Below are positions 1-6,544 of a stretch of 64,000 nt of DNA, piece by piece (the stretch's first letter is position 1; the number at the start of each line of letters is the position of its first letter). The translations under genes and the position numbers were made by a program. Below the pieces are notes generated by a model that saw only the letters and a program-made list of their open reading frames with translations, was not told the DNA's origin and searched no databases. Source of the stretch: a virus (taxonomy: Duplodnaviria; Caudoviricetes); the IMG/VR virus record IMGVR_UViG_3300037067_007160, positions 1 through 64,000 of that record. The stretch is one strand, 5' to 3'.

Positions 1-25
1 GTTCTAATCATTGAACTACACGTGG
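1..25 (-). tRNA. 5' part of a tRNA-like gene running off the left window edge (identity unknown)
   Basis: Minus strand reads CCACGUG-UA-GUUC-AAUGAUUA-GAAC, i.e. acceptor 5' strand, U8A9 and D-arm. The D-loop has GA instead of the usual GG. The rest lies outside the window. Confidence 0.5.
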
Positions 26-53
26 GATGCTCTGACCGCTGAGCTACGAGCCC
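26..53 (-). pseudogene. tRNA 5' half (truncated tRNA remnant)
   Basis: Minus strand reads GGGCUCG-UA-GCUC-AGCGGUCA-GAGC-A, a canonical acceptor 5' strand and D-arm. It runs directly into a second tRNA start, with no anticodon arm or T-arm. Confidence 0.6.
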
Positions 54-178
54 TTACGGGCCTTCTTCGCCCTACTGCTCACGAGGGCGGAGTTAGCCTG
101 AAATACCTTACTCCTCTGTTGCTTCCGGGACTTCCTGCTCGACATCGTCTTCTTGTTCGGATAACGCTCAAAATTCAT
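44..178 (-). CDS. Small basic protein (44 aa, MNFERYPNKK...RKGS)
   Basis: Read by hand: GGAGG RBS then ATG. The stop TAG coincides with U8-A9-G10 of the tRNA half. Confidence 0.5.
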   Translation of the reverse strand: MNFERYPNKKTMSSRKSRKQQRSKVFQANSALVSSRAKKARKGS

Positions 179-192
179 AGCTACCTCCAAGT

Positions 193-411
193 TTAGTCAT
201 CTTCAGATTCTTCATCCTCTTCATAGGACTCGTCTCTACCACTGACGTAGCCAGTGATGATACAGGAGAGAACAAATGAGGTTAGGAGGGCTACCTTCAT
301 CTTCATTCCATCAGGAATAATGATAGACATGGTTCCCCAGTCGAAGGACCAGCCAATCATTCCAATTAACCAGATGAGGACGAATACAAGGCACTTCAGA
401 GTCACTCTCAT
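193..411 (-). CDS. Small membrane protein with acidic tail
   Basis: Two hydrophobic segments; GGAGG RBS upstream. Confidence 0.7.
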   Translation of the reverse strand: MRVTLKCLVFVLIWLIGMIGWSFDWGTMSIIIPDGMKMKVALLTSFVLSCIITGYVSGRDESYEEDEESEDD

Positions 412-463
412 ATTGGTAGCCTCCAGATTGTAACAGTTTCAGGAAGGATAGACAATATATTTC

Positions 464-961
464 TTATGACACTACGCCTTCATGTCCAGGATACTCACCA
501 GTTAGCTTCTGGTAGCTTTTGCAGTAAGTACAGGGTGCTTTCTTCGCTATGTCAGGAAATACGCAACACTGACAGTGTCCATCAATAAAATCAGTTGGAT
601 ACCAACGAACGACGTATGGTATGCCAAGAATGGCGGCCATCTTCCTACCAGCGTCGAAGTTGGAAGTGTGAAACGTAACCTTGATGCTCCACTGCATCCC
701 GTGCATAACTTCTTTCACAGCAGATATGTAACGAGCAACCGGTTCGAAAGTTTCTGGAGATGCTGCATTCAGTTTGGTATTTCCTATTTCAAAAGTCCAA
801 CCTTCAGGAATCTTGTGTTCACACTGAATGTCATGATCGAGTGAGACTTCTTCGACTTCTCTTGTTGCAAGTATTCTTATGGCTTCAGTGACTGTCTTTG
901 CTGGTGTCCAACCTTGTGGACATGCACGAATATCGTCGACGAAGAGTTTCACTTCGGCCAC
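464..961 (-). CDS. Cyclic-phosphate-processing receiver-domain-like protein with C-terminal Cys cluster
   Basis: Motifs KLFVDDIRxxP-xGW, EVSLDHD and FHTSN match this phage-common receiver variant; Cys pairs at the C-terminus. Confidence 0.7.
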   Translation of the reverse strand: MAEVKLFVDDIRACPQGWTPAKTVTEAIRILATREVEEVSLDHDIQCEHKIPEGWTFEIGNTKLNAASPETFEPVARYISAVKEVMHGMQWSIKVTFHTSNFDAGRKMAAILGIPYVVRWYPTDFIDGHCQCCVFPDIAKKAPCTYCKSYQKLTGEYPGHEGVVS

Positions 962-1149
962 CTGATCATCATACCAAAGTTGTTCTGCTTGTATCTGTCC
1001 CTTTTCGGCGGCTCGTTCTCTTCGAGAAAGGCGTCAGTATTACTGTCACTCAGGACATCAACCGTCTCGTCCATCTTCCCGTGTGTGATCCGGTCTGATA
1101 TCTTACAACCTGATGCGCACAGTAGGAGTATGAGGACAAGTCGGTTCAC
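949..1149 (-). CDS. Putative lipoprotein
   Basis: Signal peptide MNRLVLILLLCASG-C with a lipobox-like Cys. Confidence 0.55.
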   Translation of the reverse strand: MNRLVLILLLCASGCKISDRITHGKMDETVDVLSDSNTDAFLEENEPPKRDRYKQNNFGMMIRWPK

Positions 1150-1364
1150 CTGCGTCCTCCTAAGAATTCCTTGTCAACGGCCTCCAGAGTCTGCTTCAGC
1201 TCATCTGTCCATCCTGGATGATTCTTCATACAGCCAGGAGCGTTGTGAGCATGGCATAGACGAAAGATGGCCCGAAGCTCTTTCTGCCCAGGAGAATCTT
1301 CAATACGTTCCCCATTAGCAGCAATATCCTCAATCGCAAGCAAGAGCTTCTCAGCAGGGGTCAT
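1146..1364 (-). CDS. Hypothetical protein (start reassigned to MTPAEK)
   Basis: GAAGGAG RBS before the ATG at 1364; tight packing with neighbours. Confidence 0.6.
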   Translation of the reverse strand: MTPAEKLLLAIEDIAANGERIEDSPGQKELRAIFRLCHAHNAPGCMKNHPGWTDELKQTLEAVDKEFLGGRR

Positions 1365-1881
1365 TTCCGTCTCCTTCCACCAATGATTCGGGATCCTTCC
1401 ACATGATAAGGAAGGCATCTGCAAGTTGCTTTGCATCAGTTGCACTCAACTTGACGCTGACATCAACCCACTTACTACCAGAGAGGTTCCTTCCACCTCC
1501 CCAACCTGACCACTTGGTCCCATGTCGGAAGAGGACTGCTTTCAAATGGAACTCGTCGACAACCTTCCAGCTGAAGTTGTGCCAGTAGTTGATATGTTCA
1601 TCAATGCGGGCCCGATACTTCTCCTCGTTCGCGATGCACTCAGGACATCCAGGTTTGCACTGGATGAACATAGGAAGGCCAATGATGGCCCTGGTCCTTA
1701 TCTCATTACAGTTGCCCTTTGGGCAGTTAGTAAGGAAGTTGGCAGCACCGTTTGGATACGCTAACCTTCCACCCTTGATACCAGTCCACAGACCGTACGT
1801 GGCCAGGAGGACTTCATCAGGTCCTTTGGATACCTCACGAGTGAGTGTGTCCCAGTACCTGCTGGTCTCAAGTATGAGCAT
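1351..1881 (-). CDS. Phospholipase D-family (HKD) nuclease-like protein
   Basis: FHLKAVLF...GGGRNLS resembles the HxK...GSxNLS motif (single copy, Asp position not conserved). Confidence 0.6.
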   Translation of the reverse strand: MLILETSRYWDTLTREVSKGPDEVLLATYGLWTGIKGGRLAYPNGAANFLTNCPKGNCNEIRTRAIIGLPMFIQCKPGCPECIANEEKYRARIDEHINYWHNFSWKVVDEFHLKAVLFRHGTKWSGWGGGRNLSGSKWVDVSVKLSATDAKQLADAFLIMWKDPESLVEGDGNDPC

Positions 1882-1884
1882 GAC

Positions 1885-2220
1885 CTATGCCTCGTCAATG
1901 TCTGCCTGAGGCCACTCAAACATTCTCTTACCATCAACCTCGAGGCAGAGGAATGTGACTGGCCCACTGGACCAAGGTTCATCTTGGACAACTTCGACTA
2001 CCTTACGGCCATCCTTCAGGCGGTAGACATGAAGGGTAGGACCTTCTCCGTAAAAGGAATCGTGCTTCGTGCTTGAGATGACTTCCCTGGAACACTGTAC
2101 GTATCCGTCCCTGCTACAGGTAGGACACTTACCAGCAGGTTCTCGCACTGTCCTGACGTTCTCATCAAGCCAGGCTGTTGCCTCAGGTTTGAGGCCAACG
2201 AACTGCCACGATCTGCTCAT
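1885..2220 (-). CDS. Hypothetical protein (CxxC)
   Basis: ORF with GGAG RBS in the operon. Confidence 0.65.
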   Translation of the reverse strand: MSRSWQFVGLKPEATAWLDENVRTVREPAGKCPTCSRDGYVQCSREVISSTKHDSFYGEGPTLHVYRLKDGRKVVEVVQDEPWSSGPVTFLCLEVDGKRMFEWPQADIDEA

Positions 2221-2250
2221 TTCATTCTCCTTCCATAGCGGATAAGTGTC

Positions 2251-2832
2251 TTAACCATGGGAGTCCACAAGGTTCTTCCCGCTTGGGCACCACTCAAGTG
2301 TTACTGACGGACAACGCAGCCTAAGTTGAGACAGAAGCTCTTGGGCCTTGTCCTTGAGCGGCACCAGAGATGCTTCCTTTGTGCGCCAGACCCTATTGAC
2401 CTGTTCAATGACAAGACGGCTGTCGCCCTTGATCTTGATAGAAGATGGTGTTGACCCATGTCCCAAGTGGAGGAGTAGGGCATTGATGCAACCAGTCAGC
2501 GCCTTATACTCGAGAAAGTTGTTGGTCATCCCTGGATGCCCAGCAGGATACTCTTCCAGGCCCGGTGTCATCGTGCCATTCGCCCAATGGAGTTGCCACT
2601 GGGCAAGCCCCGGCTTTCCATTGGTAGCATTTCCATTGCCATCGAAGTATGCGACAACTTCTCCAAGCGTCTGCTCGACGTTGGTCTCAGGCCCTACTTC
2701 TTTCATACTGTAGTTACTGGACAGGAAGCCCATAACAGATGAGACAGCTTCGTCAAGGCCATCTTCGGCGGTCAGACTTGTAGCCCCACAGATGGCCTCT
2801 TCCAGTCCAGCCCTTAACTTCTCTTCATCCAT
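2251..2832 (-). CDS. rnhA: Ribonuclease HI family protein
   Basis: YFDG, TNNFLEYKAL, IKGDSRLVIEQV and LEW...N..VD are the acidic catalytic motifs of RNase HI. Confidence 0.85.
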   Translation of the reverse strand: MDEEKLRAGLEEAICGATSLTAEDGLDEAVSSVMGFLSSNYSMKEVGPETNVEQTLGEVVAYFDGNGNATNGKPGLAQWQLHWANGTMTPGLEEYPAGHPGMTNNFLEYKALTGCINALLLHLGHGSTPSSIKIKGDSRLVIEQVNRVWRTKEASLVPLKDKAQELLSQLRLRCPSVTLEWCPSGKNLVDSHG

Positions 2833-3022
2833 TGCGGCCTCCTCTTGGCGGATAGACTACTCTCACATCACCTTCCAAGACGGCGATAAGTTCGGTGCCA
2901 TTCCTGGCGTGTGACATAAATGTCTTCGCTGCGGCAACTGCCTTCTCATCGGATGACATATCGGCCGGAACGAACTCTGGATACATGTCATCCTTATTGG
3001 CGAAGAGCATTATGTACTTCAT
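2825..3022 (-). CDS. Hypothetical protein
   Basis: Overlapping start/stop with both neighbours. Confidence 0.6.
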   Translation of the reverse strand: MKYIMLFANKDDMYPEFVPADMSSDEKAVAAAKTFMSHARNGTELIAVLEGDVRVVYPPRGGRNG

Positions 3023-3240
3023 CAGTTCTTCGCTGGCTCAAGGGCCTGTGTCTTCAGCTCCTCGACCTTGTCACTGATGGCAATGTCGAGCGTTCTTAGG
3101 GCAACATCAACCTCTTGGTTGGCTCCGATATTCTGGAGCATGGTCCCACCATTGACTTTCTCCTTGGCCCGCATGGCGTCAAAGACATCCACAACACCCT
3201 GCAGTAGGGCAGTATTGCGGTACTTCTCAATGACGACCAT
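3022..3240 (-). CDS. Hypothetical protein
   Basis: GGAGG RBS; operon packing. Confidence 0.65.
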   Translation of the reverse strand: MVVIEKYRNTALLQGVVDVFDAMRAKEKVNGGTMLQNIGANQEVDVALRTLDIAISDKVEELKTQALEPAKN

Positions 3241-3412
3241 ACTTCCTCCTTCGTGCAGTGGTTCGCACCTGGCATAAGTAGTAGCGCCGTCCTCCCTCAG
3301 GTAGCATCCCGAGGTTGTACTTGCATCCTACTATTGCCCTGTATCGGCAGGTAGCCTTGATACTCTGGACTACCTGTCCTTTGGTATCATCCCAAACCAC
3401 ATACTTGGGCAC
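3227..3412 (-). CDS. Hypothetical protein
   Basis: GTG start overlapping the upstream stop. Confidence 0.5.
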   Translation of the reverse strand: MPKYVVWDDTKGQVVQSIKATCRYRAIVGCKYNLGMLPEGGRRYYLCQVRTTARRRKYGRH

Positions 3413-3699
3413 TATCGGCCCCAGTTAATGGATGTGGTGCAGCGAGGGCAGACCTGGTTACGCTCAGGCAACTTCCCGGTCACTTTGGTCCAAAGCTTGT
3501 GACCGAACAGGAAACACAGGATCTTCGGGAACATGGAGTTCCTCCTTTGCTCTTTCCTTAGAGACCGACAGTGATTCTGGAAAGACCAGTTGCTCCGCCA
3601 CCGGGCTCCGTAGGCTGGGGCCCACTCTTCTTGGAGCACCCAGCAACAAGCGTCCCGAGGGCGAACAGTAACGCAAGCGCAATCTGTTTCATCACACAC
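3412..3699 (-). CDS. Cys-rich hypothetical protein; C-terminal part LCFLFGHK...CPRC is DUF1660-like (possible internal start at MFPKIL)
   Basis: ORF track; GGAGG RBS before both possible starts. Confidence 0.5.
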   Translation of the reverse strand: MCDETDCACVTVRPRDACCWVLQEEWAPAYGARWRSNWSFQNHCRSLRKEQRRNSMFPKILCFLFGHKLWTKVTGKLPERNQVCPRCTTSINWGR

Positions 3700-3991
3700 C
3701 TCCTATGTTTCTCTCGACGTTACCGTCGACAATAGGGCTCAGATACGTACCCTTGTAAAACTTCGGATTATCCTTGATCAACCATGAGACCTCATGACCA
3801 GCCTTGGCCTTGGTAGCGTACGTGCTACCAGAGTCAGGGTTCTGTTGGATGACAGTATATGGATCATGGCAGACAGCCTTCAGCTTGCCACCCAGCAGTG
3901 TCTTCTCAGTGCAGCCAACTGGTAGGGCAGCATGGCCATGTATATGGGCATGGGCAGCTTTTGCGAAGGCAGAGAGGTCAAACATGGTCAT
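3692..3991 (-). CDS. Hypothetical protein (start reassigned to MTMFDL)
   Basis: ATGA overlap with the upstream membrane gene. Confidence 0.6.
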   Translation of the reverse strand: MTMFDLSAFAKAAHAHIHGHAALPVGCTEKTLLGGKLKAVCHDPYTVIQQNPDSGSTYATKAKAGHEVSWLIKDNPKFYKGTYLSPIVDGNVERNIGGV

Positions 3992-4152
3992 TGCCCTTTC
4001 TTGTAGCTGAACCATGCATAGGTATCCAGGCCAAGGCCAAGGACGCCAAGGATACACATCGTATCCGATACCCAGTAAGGATCTTCGACGTAGACGCTCA
4101 GGACGACGAGAGTCACGTCAAATCCCAGCGATAGCAGGTACTTTCGCAGCAT
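3988..4152 (-). CDS. Small membrane protein
   Basis: Two hydrophobic segments; GGAGG RBS. Confidence 0.55.
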   Translation of the reverse strand: MLRKYLLSLGFDVTLVVLSVYVEDPYWVSDTMCILGVLGLGLDTYAWFSYKKGQ

Positions 4153-5479
4153 GGGCAGCCTCCTTAATGGATGCAAGACGTGTATTCAACCAATTCTCAA
4201 AATCCTTCGATTTCCTGGTTACCCTGTCGCCCTTGTCATAGCACTGGACGATACGAAGTCTATGGTCCACCTGCGCACAGACGCTATCCTTTCTAAAGAA
4301 TAGGTCACGACTATTGGTGTACCCACCAATACAATGTTGGCATTCAATTCCAGCCTTCACCATCGCACCCCGAGTAGAGAGGCGGAGTACTTCAAGGTCC
4401 TCCGGAAGGCTGAGAGAACAAGGCATGGGCGTGAGGTCAGCCGTCCTTTTTTCATTATCCTTGGCCCTTATAACCGCCTCCTGATGGTGGTTATAGGCCG
4501 ACCTCTCAAGGGCTACTCTGAGACCGTGCCCCTGAACCTCTTTGGTCAAATCTGGGTAATTAAGATGTAGCTCGTGTCCATCTCGAATCCAGTCCAGCAT
4601 ACCCTGCGCGGCCCGTCTGCTGGCCGGATGAGGCTTCTTCCTACCAGTAGGATGGAGCTTGTGGTAGAGCTGAAGTACTGAGTTATCAGTGTTGAATGGA
4701 TCAACTAGGTGATCCAATATGGTGTGGTACGTTGGCACCAGAGTTAGCAACCGCCGACCGATGGTAGTAGATGGAAGCTCCTTTGGAAGGGAGTGATCAT
4801 GGCCTATGTAGGCCAAGGTAAACCAGGTTGGTGCCTTCTTGATGGCCCCAGTGGCCAACTGCATATCATGTATGTAGGTGTCCCAGAGTCCAAGGCCAGT
4901 GGCCATTGGGACCACTTCCCGTTCACCAAAGTCATTCTCAACCACATTGTTTGCCATCTGGTCTGTCCTATAGGACAGTCGGCACCAGAGCCAGCAGGCA
5001 AAGCCATGAGGCAGCTTCTCCATGTCAGAGACCAGGAGGCTAAACTTCTCTGGCCCAATCTGCTCCGCCAGCTTAAGGACCGTGCCCAACCTGGGGTTGC
5101 CCAGCCTATGCAGACTGAACTGCGCCATGGGCCCTCTACCATAGAGCCTCCTGATAGTCACTCTATGAAAGGCGCCAAGGACTTTGTCCCTCTCTCTTAT
5201 AGAGCAGCAGGCACTAGGCATCCAGGACTCTGCATATAGGAAGGCCGTCTGGACTGCCTTCCTCTCAGCAATATACTGTAACTTCTTCTCCATGTGCGTA
5301 GAGGACTTCTCTGTTGAGCTTGTATGGACATCTCGGTAGAATGAACCTAGGACCAGGCCAGCAAACTCAGAAGGGGTAAGCTCCCGCCCTTGCTTCCTTC
5401 TGTCCCTTATGGCCGCCAGGACGTCACAGTATCCACCCTCAGGGATACGTTCTGTCCAGTCGTCATGTTGGAACTTCAT
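4118..5479 (-). CDS. PcfJ-like domain protein (start reassigned to MKFQHD)
   Basis: C-terminal RLSTRGAMVKAGIECQHCIGGY...IVQCYDKGD resembles PcfJ domains; ATGA coupling at 5476-5479. Confidence 0.6.
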   Translation of the reverse strand: MKFQHDDWTERIPEGGYCDVLAAIRDRRKQGRELTPSEFAGLVLGSFYRDVHTSSTEKSSTHMEKKLQYIAERKAVQTAFLYAESWMPSACCSIRERDKVLGAFHRVTIRRLYGRGPMAQFSLHRLGNPRLGTVLKLAEQIGPEKFSLLVSDMEKLPHGFACWLWCRLSYRTDQMANNVVENDFGEREVVPMATGLGLWDTYIHDMQLATGAIKKAPTWFTLAYIGHDHSLPKELPSTTIGRRLLTLVPTYHTILDHLVDPFNTDNSVLQLYHKLHPTGRKKPHPASRRAAQGMLDWIRDGHELHLNYPDLTKEVQGHGLRVALERSAYNHHQEAVIRAKDNEKRTADLTPMPCSLSLPEDLEVLRLSTRGAMVKAGIECQHCIGGYTNSRDLFFRKDSVCAQVDHRLRIVQCYDKGDRVTRKSKDFENWLNTRLASIKEAAHAAKVPAIAGI

Positions 5480-5613
5480 AGTGGTACAAGTCCAAGCTTC
5501 TGATTTAGCTTCTGAGCGAGAAGACCACCAAAGTTGAATCCTATGGCAAGAAACAGGCCCATGAGGATGAGTCCTGCCGCCTTGGTAAGCAAGATGCCCG
5601 TGAGGAGAAGCAT
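5476..5613 (-). CDS. Small membrane protein (45 aa, MLLLTGILL...)
   Basis: Read by hand; GGGAGG RBS; stop overlaps the next ATG. Confidence 0.6.
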   Translation of the reverse strand: MLLLTGILLTKAAGLILMGLFLAIGFNFGGLLAQKLNQKLGLVPL

Positions 5614-5627
5614 ATCGGTACCTCCCT

Positions 5628-5741
5628 TTACTTAATGTTGAGGAACTCATCCACTACCAGGCTGGCCCGGACCAGATGGATGACATCCGAGATAAAGAAT
5701 CCAAGGGCAAAGCACAGCAGTGAAATAACTAACGTAGTCAT
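5628..5741 (-). CDS. Small membrane protein (37 aa, MTTLVISLL...)
   Basis: Read by hand; GGGAGG RBS. Confidence 0.55.
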   Translation of the reverse strand: MTTLVISLLCFALGFFISDVIHLVRASLVVDEFLNIK

Positions 5742-5766
5742 TTGTTACCTCCCTAGAGATATGTAA

Positions 5767-6114
5767 TTAGAAGAACAAGGCCATGGTCTTGCTGACTTCA
5801 TTGTAGCTGACGCTGAAGGATGGGTAGCCAAAGATGAACCACCCACGCCACCGTAGGCTGCACTTGGCCCGACGGATGCGCTTGAACATCTCCAAGTAGA
5901 TGCCCAAGATGACGCTGCCAAGCACGTTACCAATACCTGCTACCATGCCGGCGCCAGTGAAGATGACTATGGAGGTAGACAGGGCAAAGTTGGCGACCAC
6001 ACCAACAATGGGTATGGCGGCAATGGCACACTGCCAGGACATAGGAAGGCTCCTGAACATGAAGAGTTGGACCAGGAACATGCCTACGACAGTGAATGCC
6101 ACCAATGTGAACAT
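5767..6114 (-). CDS. Multi-pass membrane protein
   Basis: About three hydrophobic helices; AAGGAGG RBS. Confidence 0.7.
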   Translation of the reverse strand: MFTLVAFTVVGMFLVQLFMFRSLPMSWQCAIAAIPIVGVVANFALSTSIVIFTGAGMVAGIGNVLGSVILGIYLEMFKRIRRAKCSLRWRGWFIFGYPSFSVSYNEVSKTMALFF

Positions 6115-6123
6115 GGATTGCCT

Positions 6124-6330
6124 CCTTGGGCGGTAACTCAGTTACCATCTTTCGAGACTCCTTCCGACCTGTAGGAAGGGCGAATGTAGCTGGAAATAGG
6201 GTGGGACCCGCACACTGGCGTACGCATCCCAGCGTACGGGTCCCTGGGAGGCACAACATGAAATCCACCTTGCCCACAATTTCGTCCCAGGACTGGCCAG
6301 AGGTAGTGACTGACCAGGACCCGCCAAAGG
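6124..6330 (-). ncRNA. Putative multi-branch structured RNA or leader
   Basis: Closing helix 6124-6133/6321-6330 (9 of 10 bp) encloses several hairpins, e.g. GGGACCCG/CGGGTCCC, CCTGGGA/TCCCAGG and GGTAAC/GTTACC. Confidence 0.5.
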
Positions 6331-6544
6331 CTGACACAGAATGATACAATAGAAACCAAAAGATCAACGATGTTAAGGTTCTACTAAATTGGATTGTAAG
6401 CTAGGAACAAATGTAAGTAAGCAAGTAACTTCCTTAGTCAGGAAAGTATTACCTTGGGCCGAATACGGGTACTAGGCCCTGAACCTATTGGTAATAGGCT
6501 GGGTCCCGATAAGAAACAGATACCCAAGCTGTAACTAGTTAACC

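Noticed and set aside
26-90. Circularly permuted tRNA (upstream GGCCC pairing with the acceptor strand)
   Set aside because: No T-arm (GUUCRA) upstream, and only about 5 bp of acceptor pairing.
1809-1824. Minus-strand GGAC-CUGAUGA-AGUCC, resembling a third hammerhead
   Set aside because: Inside the PLD-like gene, with no GAAA element or stems I and III in the required arrangement.
5480-5650. N-terminal 57 aa of the 510-aa ORF-track call
   Set aside because: Better explained by two small RBS-led membrane genes and an ATGA-coupled start at 5479.
5927-6367. ORFs of 61-146 aa across the structured region
   Set aside because: No RBS, mutually overlapping, and one overlaps the well-supported 5767-6114 gene; dense helices favour a non-coding role.
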